The position numbers and the translations under genes were made by a program. A DNA stretch of 64,000 bases from Sulfolobales archaeon (GTDB lineage Archaea; Thermoproteota; Thermoprotei_A; Sulfolobales; NBVN01). A model generated the notes under the pieces. That model worked only from the letters and a program-made list of their open reading frames with translations, was not told where the DNA came from and searched no databases. Of the stretch, positions 49,700-59,899 are shown in pieces; within the stretch, counting starts at the first letter, position 1; each line of letters begins with the position of its first letter. Where the stretch lies: contig JAWBTQ010000001.1 of NCBI GenBank assembly GCA_038841535.1, positions 32,001 to 96,000 of the forward strand, written 5' to 3'.

Positions 49700-50662
49700 A
49701 TGTCGTCTGCTTTACTTAGTGTAAGCGATGTGAGGATATACTACTACACGCTTACCGGGATAGTTAGAGCTGTTGATGGTGTAAGCTTTCAGTTAGCGGA
49801 AGGAGAGGTTCTAGGCATCGCTGGAGAGTCGGGTTGCGGGAAGTCTACACTAGGCTACGGTCTTCTGGGACTAATCCCACCTCCAGGTAGGATCGTGCGT
49901 GGGTCTATTGTTTTAGATGGTATAGACATTGCCAAGCTCAAGCCAGCTGAATTGAGAAAGGTGAGGTGGGCTAAGGTCAGTATGGTCTTTCAGGGAGCTA
50001 TGAACGCTCTAAACCCTGTATACACGGTAGGTCATCAGCTAGCTGAGCCACTAGTCCTCCACAAAGGCTTGAGCGTGAAGGAATCCCTAGATGTAGCTTC
50101 TGAAATGGTTAAAAGAGTCGGTCTAACACCAGAAGTCCTCAAGAGATACCCTCACGAGTTAAGTGGAGGTATGAAGCAGAGAGTTATGATAGCTATGGCT
50201 CTCCTTCTAAAGCCCAGGTTAGTTATTGCCGATGAGCCTACTACGGCCCTCGATGTAGTGATTCAAGCACAAATAATGAATCTATTTAAAGAGATCAGGC
50301 AGGCGGAGAGAAACGCTATGATCTTCATAACCCACGACCTCAGCTTAATTGCTGAGATAGCAGATAAGACGGGTGTTATGTACGCTGGAAAGATGGTCGA
50401 AATAGGGTCTTCTGAGTCAGTCTTTGGCAACCCACTTCACCCGTATACCCAGGGACTTCTTAGGAGCATTCCAAGGCTGAAGGGGAAGGAGAAGATCACT
50501 TGGATTCCCGGGGTTCCTCCAGACCTCAGAATGCCTCCTCCTGGTTGTAGGTTCCACCCGAGGTGCCCGTACGCAATGGACGTCTGCAGGTCTGAAGAAC
50601 CCCCAGAAATAGAAGTAGAGAAAGGACGCACAGTTTCTTGCTGGCTCTACGCAAAGAGGTGA
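49700..50662 (+). CDS. oppD: Oligopeptide/dipeptide ABC transporter ATP-binding subunit (OppD/DppD)
   Basis: GESGCGKS, LSGGMKQR, DEPTTALD, HPYT and the C-terminal CRFHPRC..C..C. Confidence 0.9.
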   Translation: MSSALLSVSDVRIYYYTLTGIVRAVDGVSFQLAEGEVLGIAGESGCGKSTLGYGLLGLIPPPGRIVRGSIVLDGIDIAKLKPAELRKVRWAKVSMVFQGAMNALNPVYTVGHQLAEPLVLHKGLSVKESLDVASEMVKRVGLTPEVLKRYPHELSGGMKQRVMIAMALLLKPRLVIADEPTTALDVVIQAQIMNLFKEIRQAERNAMIFITHDLSLIAEIADKTGVMYAGKMVEIGSSESVFGNPLHPYTQGLLRSIPRLKGKEKITWIPGVPPDLRMPPPGCRFHPRCPYAMDVCRSEEPPEIEVEKGRTVSCWLYAKR

Positions 50663-51720
50663 TGAGCTGTGAGCTCCAAGCTTATATTAGAGAAAGCGTA
50701 TAAGTACTTCCCGTTAAGGAGGTCTCTAGTCGAAATATTAACGCTGAGGAAGCCTAGATACGTTAGAGCTGTGGACGGGATAAGCTTCGCAGTCGATGAA
50801 GGAGAGATTTACTGCCTGGCTGGTGAGTCTGGCTGTGGAAAGACGACTACTGGGAGGCTCGTAGTCAGGTTAATAGACTTTACTGGAGGTAGAGCTCTCT
50901 ACATGCCGAGGAAGGAGCTACTCTCTGAGATACCCTCGACATTCTTAGTTGACGGCAAGTACGTGGACTTAACGGAGAAGCTACCGAGATACGTAGATAA
51001 GCTATTGAGAAGAGACATCCAGATAATATTCCAGGACCCGTACGGGTCCCTTAACCCCAGGATGAGGATTTACGACATCTTAAAGGAGCCTTTAGACATA
51101 CATGGAGTGGGATCTACTGAAGACGAAAGAAGAGAATTAGTCTTTAAGGCCTTAGAAGAAGTAAAGATGACGCCTCCGGAGGAGTTCGCCGAGAGATATC
51201 CCCACATGTTATCCGGTGGTCAGAGGCAGAGAATAGCTATAGCGAGAGCTCTAATACTCAACCCGTCTCTCGTAGTAGCTGATGAACCCGTGAGCATGTT
51301 GGACGTTTCCATAAGAGCTGAGATACTCCAACTTATGCTGGACTTGAAGGCTATGAGAAACCTTACGTACGTATTCATTACTCACGACCTAGCAGTAGCT
51401 GCTTACATCTGCGACAAGTTAGCCATAATGTACTTAGGTGCCATAGTCGAAAAAGGCTCTATATCCAGTATAGTTAACAACCCACTCCACCCGTACTCTA
51501 AGGCGTTGATAGCGGCAGTCCCAGAGCCCGACCCTAGAAATAGGTTCAAAATTAGGGAGGTTCCGATAAAGGGAGAAATACCTAGTGCCGCCAACATACC
51601 TCCTGGTTGTAGGTTCCACCCGAGGTGCCCGTACGCAATGGACGTCTGCAGGTCTGAAGAACCCCCAGAAATAGAAGTAGAGAAAGGACGCACAGTTTCT
51701 TGCTGGCTCTACGCAAAGAG
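50537..51720. repeat. 122-bp exact direct repeat (50537-50658 and 51599-51720) at the 3' ends of oppD and oppF
   Basis: Identical CCTCCTGGTTGTAGG...CTACGCAAAGAG in both genes. Confidence 0.95.
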
Positions 51721-51724
51721 ATAA
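50669..51724 (+). CDS. oppF: Oligopeptide/dipeptide ABC transporter ATP-binding subunit (OppF/DppF)
   Basis: GESGCGKT, FQDPY, LSGGQRQR and DEPVSMLD. Confidence 0.9.
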   Translation: MSSKLILEKAYKYFPLRRSLVEILTLRKPRYVRAVDGISFAVDEGEIYCLAGESGCGKTTTGRLVVRLIDFTGGRALYMPRKELLSEIPSTFLVDGKYVDLTEKLPRYVDKLLRRDIQIIFQDPYGSLNPRMRIYDILKEPLDIHGVGSTEDERRELVFKALEEVKMTPPEEFAERYPHMLSGGQRQRIAIARALILNPSLVVADEPVSMLDVSIRAEILQLMLDLKAMRNLTYVFITHDLAVAAYICDKLAIMYLGAIVEKGSISSIVNNPLHPYSKALIAAVPEPDPRNRFKIREVPIKGEIPSAANIPPGCRFHPRCPYAMDVCRSEEPPEIEVEKGRTVSCWLYAKR

Positions 51725-51793
51725 TTCGTACAGTTTATATAAGGTTTTCTTAGTCAACTTATTAAAACTTATATACTGTAGTCTAACACATAT

Positions 51794-52858
51794 GTGGTAA
51801 CTCCATTGGAAGCCGGTATTAGAGGGTGGGGGGTATACATACCGAGGTTTCGGCTGAGTGCGCACGATGTAGCCATCCTTTGGGGCTATGATAGTAGATT
51901 ACCTAAGGCTTTAGGTATGATCGAGAAGGCTGTTGCGGAAGAAGACGAAGATTCTGTTACTATGGGTTGGTACGCCGCTAAAGTAGCTATACGGCGAGCT
52001 GGAGTAAGTAGTGAAGAAATAGATGCGGTGTTCTTCGGTACTGAATCCAAGCCTTACGCTGTAAAGCCTTCCGCAACGATAGTGGCTGATGCTTTAGGGG
52101 TAAAAAAGAGGAAGCTCGCAACAGACTTAGAGTTTGCGTGTAGGGCTGCCGGCGAAGGGATAAGGATCTCTATAGGACTTGTAAAGAGTGGCCTTGCGCA
52201 AAACACTCTAGTCATAGGCTCAGATACGGCTCAAGCTAACCCGGGAGACTTATTAGACTTCACTGCGTCATCTGGAGCTGTAGCATACGTAATAGGTTCA
52301 TCTACTAGTTCAGTAGCTACAATAGAAGCTAGCGTAACCTATGTTACGGACACTCCAGATTTCTGGAGGAGGGACAGATCTCCGTACCCAGAGCACGCAG
52401 AGATATTCACAGGAGAACCAGCGTACTTCCACCACATAGTTAGTGCGGTCAAGCTCTTACTCGAGGAAACAGGTCTAAAGGTCACCGACTTCGACTACGC
52501 TGTATTCCATCAACCCAACGGCAGGTTCCCCCTTCAAGTAGCTAGACAACTCGGGATCCCGCAGGAGAAGGTCGCACCTGGACTTGTCACTCCGTACATA
52601 GGTAATACTTATAACGCCTCCGCCCTCATAGGGTTAGCTAAAGTTCTCGAGGAAGCGCGCCCAGGTAGCAGGGTTCTCGTAGCTACCTTCGGGAGTGGTG
52701 CTGGAAGTGATGCTTTCAGTATAGTCGTTAATGAAGCCGTACTCGAGGCAGTAAATAAAGGTCCGAGAGTCACTGATATGATGAATTCGAGGATCCAGAT
52801 ATCCTACGGGGAGTACAGTAAGTTTAGAGGTCTTCTCTTAAGGAACGTAGGTGATTGA
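51794..52858 (+). CDS. Hydroxymethylglutaryl-CoA synthase (archaeal type)
   Basis: ESKPYAVKP, DLEFACRA, FHQPN and GNTY. Confidence 0.93.
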   Translation: MVTPLEAGIRGWGVYIPRFRLSAHDVAILWGYDSRLPKALGMIEKAVAEEDEDSVTMGWYAAKVAIRRAGVSSEEIDAVFFGTESKPYAVKPSATIVADALGVKKRKLATDLEFACRAAGEGIRISIGLVKSGLAQNTLVIGSDTAQANPGDLLDFTASSGAVAYVIGSSTSSVATIEASVTYVTDTPDFWRRDRSPYPEHAEIFTGEPAYFHHIVSAVKLLLEETGLKVTDFDYAVFHQPNGRFPLQVARQLGIPQEKVAPGLVTPYIGNTYNASALIGLAKVLEEARPGSRVLVATFGSGAGSDAFSIVVNEAVLEAVNKGPRVTDMMNSRIQISYGEYSKFRGLLLRNVGD

Positions 52859-53945
52859 CGTGAGGGCTCATATTGTTGGAGGTTCGGTTGTCAAGGTAGA
52901 TAGGCACTTCGAGCTAGGCTATAGAGACTTAGCCTATAAAGTGGCTCGAGACTGCCTCGAGTGTTCTGACGTAGATTACGTAATAGTTTCATCAGCCCTC
53001 CCAGAGCTATCCGCACACCAAGTAGACTTAGGTACTCACATAGTTCAGTGGATCGGTAGAAAGGTTCCTGTAGCTAGAGTAGAGTCTGGTGAATCGTCCG
53101 GTCTAGCTGCTGTAGAGCTTGCTGCATCACTAGTGGCTTCCGGTGCGTACAGGCGGGTCATGGTCATAGGGGCCGAGAAAGTCACTGAGTACCCAACGTA
53201 TATAGCTAATTACTTCTACTCTTTAACCCTAGACTACGAATATGAAGTCCTAAGGGGTGTTTCCCCACCCGTTTACGCCGCTCTAGCCATGAAGGAACTC
53301 ATTAAGTCTGGTGTCCGGAGAGACTGCTTTAGCAACTGGGCGATCAGAATGCATGAAAACGCCATATCAGTACCTCACGCAATGCTTAAATTCAAAATAA
53401 CGTACGAGTCCTTTAAGGATGCTCAGGTTCTATCGGATCCGCTAACACTCTACGACAGCTTTGCTTTTGGTGATGGAGCTGCCGCTATAGTAGTATCATC
53501 TACACCGGATAGGAACGGTTCTTCTGTTGAATTAGTCTTAAGTAAGACTGAAGTCGGTCTACCGGCATACGCTAGAGACAGTATATCAGACTTTATAGCG
53601 TCCACAAAGCTCCTAAAGGAGGTTTCCGAAAGGTTTAAGCTAGACTTAAGGAAAACGGCTGTCGAGCTTCACGATAGCTACACGACATACCCTATAGCTA
53701 TCCTCAGAAGTCTTGGGTACGTAGACGATAGGTGTGATCTTACTGAGTTTGAGTTCTTGAATACGAGTGGTGGACTAAAGGCTAGAGGTCACCCAATAGG
53801 TGCTACTGGTATATACCAAGCTTACGAAGTCTTCAAGGTTCTAACAGATGGCTTAGGTGGTAAGAGAGCCCTATCCGAGTACGGCTTAGTTCACTCAATG
53901 AGCGGTCCCGATAACTTGTCTCGAGTGCTTGTTCTAAAGAGGTGA
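52851..53945 (+). CDS. Thiolase-family protein of the HMGS/DUF35 operon, lacking the canonical Cys nucleophile
   Basis: GAEK, GDGAAA, ELHDSY and GHPIGATG; VESGESSG in place of VExACASG. Confidence 0.85.
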   Translation: MIDVRAHIVGGSVVKVDRHFELGYRDLAYKVARDCLECSDVDYVIVSSALPELSAHQVDLGTHIVQWIGRKVPVARVESGESSGLAAVELAASLVASGAYRRVMVIGAEKVTEYPTYIANYFYSLTLDYEYEVLRGVSPPVYAALAMKELIKSGVRRDCFSNWAIRMHENAISVPHAMLKFKITYESFKDAQVLSDPLTLYDSFAFGDGAAAIVVSSTPDRNGSSVELVLSKTEVGLPAYARDSISDFIASTKLLKEVSERFKLDLRKTAVELHDSYTTYPIAILRSLGYVDDRCDLTEFEFLNTSGGLKARGHPIGATGIYQAYEVFKVLTDGLGGKRALSEYGLVHSMSGPDNLSRVLVLKR

Positions 53946-54355
53946 TGTTCTTGAAGCTATCTGTTCCCCAGTTTTGGAGAGTCAAAGAGAACCAGTATAA
54001 GCTAGTCATAACGGTTTGTAGCGAGTGCGGTAAAAAGACTATATTTAAGAGGCCTGTATGCCCTCACTGCGGATCTGGTAAGGTCGAGTATGTTGAATCT
54101 TCAGGAATGGGGGTACTAGAGAGCTTTACTAAAGTCTACTACAAGACGAACTCCAGTGAAGATAGGCTGCCTGAATTAGTTGGAGCAGTTAGATTGAGTG
54201 AGGGCGTAAGATTGATTGGTGAGATCGTTGGAGTAAGGGAAGATGAGCTTAGGGAGAACGCGAAGGTCGAGGCTGTCTTGAGGAGGTATTTGTCGGACGA
54301 CCCATACGGGGTTATATACTATGGTATAAAGTTTAAACCTGTTTTAACTCACTAA
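53942..54355 (+). CDS. DUF35 Zn-ribbon/OB-fold scaffold protein
   Basis: CSECG..CPHCG and YGIKFKP; position in the operon. Confidence 0.88.
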   Translation: MMFLKLSVPQFWRVKENQYKLVITVCSECGKKTIFKRPVCPHCGSGKVEYVESSGMGVLESFTKVYYKTNSSEDRLPELVGAVRLSEGVRLIGEIVGVREDELRENAKVEAVLRRYLSDDPYGVIYYGIKFKPVLTH

Positions 54356-54417
54356 ACACTGCTATAAAGTACTAAAAAAGCTTATTTTTTGCTATATACT
54401 ATACCCACGGTGTTCAT

Positions 54418-55629
54418 GTGGACTACACTAGGTTCATAGCTAAAGCATCTGAGGTTTTCAAAGCTTCCGAAATCCGCGAGCTACTCAAAGTTGTCGAAGC
54501 CCGCAAAGTCATCAGCTTTGCGGGGGGTTATCCAGACCCTCAAACTTTTCCACGGGAGTCTCTAGCTAAGATAGCCTATGAGGTCGTACTAAACTATGGA
54601 GATAAAGCTCTTCAGTATTCTCCAACTAAGGGAGTTACTGCCTTTAGGGAGACCTTAGTTAGGTACTTAAGGAGCAGTGAAGTGAAAGTAGCAAGCGAAG
54701 ATGACGTCATAATTACGACCGGTTCTCAGCAGGGGTTAGACCTAGTATCTAGGACCCTCATAGACCCGGGCGACTACATTGTTACGGAGAATCCGACGTA
54801 CTTAGCAGCACTAACTGCCTTTAGGACAGCTAAACCCAACATCATCGGGGTACCTATAGACGGTAGTGGAATGAAGACCGAGGTACTCGAGGAAAGACTT
54901 AAGGAACTAATGTCCTCTGGAAAAAGAGTTAAATTCGTGTACACGATCCCTATAGCACATAACCCAGCAGGAACCACTATGAGTCCCGAGAGAAAGAAGT
55001 ACCTCCTTGAGTTAGCATCTCAGTACGACTTCATCGTTATTGAGGACGACCCGTACTCTTTCTTTGTATACGATGAAGCTGATGTAACTAGGTTGAAGAC
55101 TCTAGACCAAGAAGGGAGAGTTATCTACATGAGTACTCTAAGCAAGATACTGTCTCCTGGTCTTAGAATCGGGTGGATACTGGGTCCCCGCCAACTCGTT
55201 GACGTGTTCGAGAGAGCTAAGCAGAGCATGGACCTACACACATCGACCCTATCTCAGTATATAGCTAAGGAAGCATTAGAGAGAGGTGTCGTTGGTGAAA
55301 CCATAGACAAAGCTAAGAGAGTGTACCGAGTAAAGCGTGATGCAATGCTGAGCGCGTTATCAGAGAACATGGTAGAAGACTCTTGGTGGGCTAAACCTGT
55401 AGGCGGACTCTTCCTAATGGTGTGGCTGCCACCTGGGATAGACACTAAGGCGATGCTTCCCGAGGCAGTGAACGAAGGTGTAGTGTATGTGCCTGGAGCG
55501 TCGTTCTTTGTTGACGAGAGCGGTAAGAACACTATGAGGCTAAACTTTAGCTACCCGAGCGTTGACGAAATAAAAACTGGAGTAGAGATCCTGGGAAGAT
55601 TAGTTAAGAAAAAGATGGGGAAAGCATAG
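54418..55629 (+). CDS. Class I PLP-dependent aminotransferase (LysN/ARO8-like)
   Basis: SFAGGYP, GSQQGLD, NPAG, EDDPY and STLSKILSPGLRIGW. Confidence 0.9.
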   Translation: MDYTRFIAKASEVFKASEIRELLKVVEARKVISFAGGYPDPQTFPRESLAKIAYEVVLNYGDKALQYSPTKGVTAFRETLVRYLRSSEVKVASEDDVIITTGSQQGLDLVSRTLIDPGDYIVTENPTYLAALTAFRTAKPNIIGVPIDGSGMKTEVLEERLKELMSSGKRVKFVYTIPIAHNPAGTTMSPERKKYLLELASQYDFIVIEDDPYSFFVYDEADVTRLKTLDQEGRVIYMSTLSKILSPGLRIGWILGPRQLVDVFERAKQSMDLHTSTLSQYIAKEALERGVVGETIDKAKRVYRVKRDAMLSALSENMVEDSWWAKPVGGLFLMVWLPPGIDTKAMLPEAVNEGVVYVPGASFFVDESGKNTMRLNFSYPSVDEIKTGVEILGRLVKKKMGKA

Positions 55630-55780
55630 ATTTTTGTTAATACCTGCTTTCCTCGACTTAACGTTTCTCGAGTTACTACTGAAGTAACACATGTGTTACT
55701 TTACTTCAACCTGAAGAATTTATTGAAGAATTGCTACATATAAGAAGCCCGACCTTGAGCTCAAATTACGTTTACTCGAG

Positions 55781-56674
55781 TTATACATTACTGGCTTCGT
55801 CAGGTGCTACGTAAGCTACGTGTGTTGAGTACTTAACAAGCTCAGCTACAGCTCTAAGGTTATCCACTATTTTGAACAAGTTCCCGATCTCGTGGCTTAC
55901 TCTCCGGGCTATCCCCAGCGCTTCAGCTATGTTGAGCTTAGCTTTCGACAATACCATTACCCTCTTTAGATTGCTTCCTAGGGGCGCGAGGTATTCGGGA
56001 ACTGAGGGTGATAAGTAGAGAGAGTCTACACATTTCCCCACAGCTACACTGTTTACGTACGGGTCTAGGGACGTTATGTAGACTATGTCAAATTCTCCTC
56101 CCACTATATCGCGTAAGTGAGCTCTTACTCCAAGCCTAGAAATTCTTCGTAAACCAGACTCACTAGAGCAAATAGCCTCCGTTCTAATCTCGTCTTTAAC
56201 TAGCTTAACGAGTATTAGTGCTTCATAGCCGCAGCCAGCTACTAGTATCGAAGACCCGGATAGACTTGATAGGGCTGTGGGTAGGTGAGCTAATAGTGAT
56301 ACATGTAGACCCATCGAACCAGTGATAGACTGAGGCACCGGCTCCAGGCAGCTTAAGTCAACACTGGCTTGGTCTGCCATAATACCATTTTTTACTAGAG
56401 CTAACTTGGTAAAGCACTTTGGAGATATTACGGCATTTTCTCCGACTACTAGGTTGGCTACTCTATAGCCTAAGTCTATAACTCTAACTAATCCTGCTGA
56501 TCCAATAATCTTTCCGTAGGTATAAGGAGTGTAACCTCTAACAGCAGCAACATCAAGAGGTGTTAGAGCTGCTGAGAGGACTTTGACTAGAGCTTCATCC
56601 TCTCTAGTGGGTGGTGGAGGTAGCTCAGAGTACCTCAAGTCACCAACTAGAACTACGGCACCCACACTCCTCAT
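55781..56674 (-). CDS. Degenerate MDR/alcohol dehydrogenase-like protein without Zn ligands
   Basis: GroES-like N-terminus; CxxD and GHE motifs replaced by TPLD and GSAG. Confidence 0.55.
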   Translation of the reverse strand: MRSVGAVVLVGDLRYSELPPPPTREDEALVKVLSAALTPLDVAAVRGYTPYTYGKIIGSAGLVRVIDLGYRVANLVVGENAVISPKCFTKLALVKNGIMADQASVDLSCLEPVPQSITGSMGLHVSLLAHLPTALSSLSGSSILVAGCGYEALILVKLVKDEIRTEAICSSESGLRRISRLGVRAHLRDIVGGEFDIVYITSLDPYVNSVAVGKCVDSLYLSPSVPEYLAPLGSNLKRVMVLSKAKLNIAEALGIARRVSHEIGNLFKIVDNLRAVAELVKYSTHVAYVAPDEASNV

Positions 56675-56731
56675 ACTTTATCTCTAGTATAGGTTAATTA
56701 ACCTAGCTAAAAATGTAGACTGGGTGGTGAA

Positions 56732-57295
56732 TTGTTTGAGGAGTTCACTAGCAGATTCTACTACTTACTACACCCAAGGCCCACACTAGTCATAGGAACT
56801 CTGTGTCCAAACGGCCGCACCAACTTCATGCCCGCTAGCTGGAATACTCCAGTTAGCGAGGAACCCCCCACTGTAGCAGTAGCTGTAGATTCTAGTGCGT
56901 ACACTAGGGATTGCCTCGACTTCTGCGGTGAAGCAAGCCTCAACATCCTCGGCCTAGATGATGTCCAACTACTCTACGACCTGGGTTCCGTGTCTGGTAG
57001 AGATATCGATAAGGTCTCAAGGTTCAGGCTGGAGCTGTTAGAGAGCTTAACGATCAGGCCTCCAGGGCTCCTACGATCTCTAGCAGTACTAGAGTCTAAA
57101 GTAGTAGGTAGGTACCTTATCGGTGAATCAGTTCTTTACGTATTCGAAGTCAAGAAAGTCAGAGTCCGCAGCGGTGTCGCAGACAAATTCGGGTTTATAA
57201 TATCAGACAAGACAAACCTACCACTTCACGCTAGCGGACGCTATTTCTACGGAGTTGGTTCAAGAAAGCTAGCTACGAGGAAGGCGTCTCCTTGA
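56732..57295 (+). CDS. Flavin reductase-like protein
   Basis: LLHPRP, MPASW..PVSEEPP and GSVSGRDIDK. Confidence 0.85.
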   Translation: MFEEFTSRFYYLLHPRPTLVIGTLCPNGRTNFMPASWNTPVSEEPPTVAVAVDSSAYTRDCLDFCGEASLNILGLDDVQLLYDLGSVSGRDIDKVSRFRLELLESLTIRPPGLLRSLAVLESKVVGRYLIGESVLYVFEVKKVRVRSGVADKFGFIISDKTNLPLHASGRYFYGVGSRKLATRKASP

Positions 57296-57651
57296 GTAAA
57301 AAGCTGATGCTCTCGAGTGGTAAGATCTTCGGAAATTACTCACTACTTGAAAAGTACCTCGAGGTCTGCCAAGAAAAGAAGGTTGAGTCCCTGCCGAATT
57401 CATCCGACATAGAGTTCGTAAAGTATATCGCTAGCAGAGGACCTGCCTCCCTAGATAGGTTCCTTGAGGAGCTAGTTAGGAGGTTCAAACAGAGAGTTGA
57501 TCCAGCCTGCTCCGTCAGAGCTTCTAAAGAAGTGCTGAGTATGGAGCTGACCGAAGACCACGCATCCCAATTAGTGGCAACGCAACTAGCTGGCTGGACT
57601 CTCGAGATAGCGGAAGCCTTAGGAGTAATCAAGCTCAAGAAGCTATCATGA
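57292..57651 (+). CDS. Hypothetical protein
   Basis: 119-aa ORF overlapping the upstream stop codon. Confidence 0.6.
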   Translation: MSKKLMLSSGKIFGNYSLLEKYLEVCQEKKVESLPNSSDIEFVKYIASRGPASLDRFLEELVRRFKQRVDPACSVRASKEVLSMELTEDHASQLVATQLAGWTLEIAEALGVIKLKKLS

Positions 57652-57753
57652 CTTAGACAAAAGACTCCGCCAGCTGGCCTTATCGCAACAGCCGATAGGC
57701 TTTAGGTATTCATCCTATGATTAGAAGGCTTGACTCCATAGGTTTCTACGCTA

Positions 57754-58806
57754 CTACTTTAACTTTAGTACTGCTGACCCCCTAACTTTAGCCATTTTTA
57801 AGTCTCTGAGAGCTCTATTAACTTCCTCAAGAGCGTAAACCTGAACCTCTGTTTTCAAGCCGTATTTTGATGCTATACTCAGTAGCTCTGCGACGTCACT
57901 CCGTGTAACGTTAGCAACGCTTCTAACCGTCTTCTCGAGCCATAAATGACTGGTGTAGTCTAAGGTAATTGGTGTCTGCTTTCGGATCACGTTCATCACT
58001 AAAATACCTCCTCTGTCTAGAAGCTCTAGAGCTCTCACCGTTATCTCCCCGACCGGTGTAAAGTCTATGGCTCTATCGAGTCTCCTGGGTGGCGCGTCAC
58101 TAGGGAGTCCAGCCCAGTCCGCTCCCAGCTTCTCCGCCAGCTCTCTGTGCTCTAAGCTTCTACTGAATGCGTATACCTCTACACTGGGAAAGAGCTTCTT
58201 AACTACTTGCAGTATGATGTGTGCACTAGCACCGAAACCGAAAAGGCCGAGCCTCAACCCATCCTTGAGATTTGCGAGCTTAAGGGCTCTATAGCCAACC
58301 GCGCCAGCACAGAGTAGAGGCGCTATATTAACATGATCCGCACTGCTAGGGATTCTGTAAACGAAGTCTGCGTAAGCTATTGCGTACTCAGCGTAGCCTC
58401 CGTTGTGGTGGCACCCAGTTGCCATAAATTCGGTACAGAGGTTTTCTGACCCAATAGAGCAATAGCTACATCTCCCGCAAGTCTTTCCAACCCAAGCTAC
58501 GCCCACGGTTTCACCTATTACTGGGTAATTAATCCCAGCTTCAGGACCTACTTCGACTACTCTCCCCACTATCTGGTGCCCGGGGACTACTGGAATTCTG
58601 CATTGAACTCTTCCCTCAATTATGTCTATGTCCGTATAGCACACACCACAAGCTAGAACCTCTAGCATGACTTGCCCGGGACCTGGGGTGGGGTCTGGGT
58701 AGTCCTCGATAGCTAGTGGATCCTCACACCACGGTAGTTCTGGATACCTCCGAGGTAACCCATCAACTCTTATTTCTACAGCTTCACGTAGTACAGCAGC
58801 CTTCAA
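57754..58806 (-). CDS. Zinc-dependent alcohol dehydrogenase family protein
   Basis: CGVCYTD, GHQ, CGRCSYC..NLC, LLCAG and GFGASAH. Confidence 0.9.
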   Translation of the reverse strand: MKAAVLREAVEIRVDGLPRRYPELPWCEDPLAIEDYPDPTPGPGQVMLEVLACGVCYTDIDIIEGRVQCRIPVVPGHQIVGRVVEVGPEAGINYPVIGETVGVAWVGKTCGRCSYCSIGSENLCTEFMATGCHHNGGYAEYAIAYADFVYRIPSSADHVNIAPLLCAGAVGYRALKLANLKDGLRLGLFGFGASAHIILQVVKKLFPSVEVYAFSRSLEHRELAEKLGADWAGLPSDAPPRRLDRAIDFTPVGEITVRALELLDRGGILVMNVIRKQTPITLDYTSHLWLEKTVRSVANVTRSDVAELLSIASKYGLKTEVQVYALEEVNRALRDLKMAKVRGSAVLKLK

Positions 58807-58936
58807 CTAGATCCCCTGAATTCTGAAGCGACAGTGCTTAAAGTTAAGTCACTAGTCTGTTACTTCTGCTTTAAGTAACCTGCTGCCTCGCTATTAGAGC
58901 ATTAATTTGAGGATTTAAGGTTCCGCGCTAACAAAC

Positions 58937-59899
58937 TTGGAGACCGCGATGAGGTGTAGCTTGAAGACTCCACCATCTCTTCTTGTGAGAGGTATTGGAA
59001 TGGTGTTAGAGTGCTTAGATGTGGGTGTGAGTCTTACAAACCCAATTGACGATATTAAAACCTTCTTAACCGACCTAGTTAGCGAGTACGTAAGCATTGG
59101 TAGGGTGAGGATAGAGTTCACCGAGAACGAACCTATAGGAACGAGCTACGTGATCTTTAAGTACCATGTATTCGATAAAGAAGGCTTCATTACATCTTGT
59201 AGAGCGGTAGTAAGGAGGAGAGTGCTTGAAGAAGTGTTATGTACGTTCGACGCATCTAGACTAGCTAGTGTTCGGGGGAGCGCTTTTCGCGAGACCGGAG
59301 ATCCTAGGCTACCTCCAGCTGATAGATACAGCACCAGCGGTCTAGCCCCAGGTCAGTTCTACATAGATCACTTCATTATCTACAGGGTCCTAGGTACTCC
59401 GAATGTAGACGTAAACTCCTGGAGACTCAGAGTTCTAGGTATGGTGAAAAATGCATTAGAACTATCTTTAAGCGATATAGAGAGGCTACCTATGGTATCT
59501 CTAGTTAGAGACTTTCACTGCGTTACGGGCTGGTCGGTCAAGTCAGTTAAGTGGGAGGGAGTCAAGCTGAAGATAATAGCCGACAAAGCAGTACCGAGCG
59601 AGAAAGCCAGGTGGGTGTTCATCACGGGTCTAGACGGGTACTCGTCTATAGTTCCCTTAGAAGATTTCGCTTCGGAAGATGCACTACTGGTTCTCAAGAT
59701 AAATGATAGACCACTCACAATAGAGCAGGGATTTCCAGCCAGGATCTTCATCCCGCATTTATACGGCTGGAAGAGCGTGAAGTGGGTTTATCGAATAGAG
59801 TTTATTGATAAGTACATGGACGGGTACTGGGAAGCTCTAGGTTACCACGAGAGGGGTAACGTACTCCTAGAGGAGAGATTCAAAAAGACTCTACTTTAG
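58937..59899 (+). CDS. Sulfite oxidase-like molybdopterin oxidoreductase with an extra N-terminal domain
   Basis: PGQ, DFHCVTGWS, GFPAR, YGWKSVKW and GYWEALGYH. Confidence 0.85.
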   Translation: METAMRCSLKTPPSLLVRGIGMVLECLDVGVSLTNPIDDIKTFLTDLVSEYVSIGRVRIEFTENEPIGTSYVIFKYHVFDKEGFITSCRAVVRRRVLEEVLCTFDASRLASVRGSAFRETGDPRLPPADRYSTSGLAPGQFYIDHFIIYRVLGTPNVDVNSWRLRVLGMVKNALELSLSDIERLPMVSLVRDFHCVTGWSVKSVKWEGVKLKIIADKAVPSEKARWVFITGLDGYSSIVPLEDFASEDALLVLKINDRPLTIEQGFPARIFIPHLYGWKSVKWVYRIEFIDKYMDGYWEALGYHERGNVLLEERFKKTLL

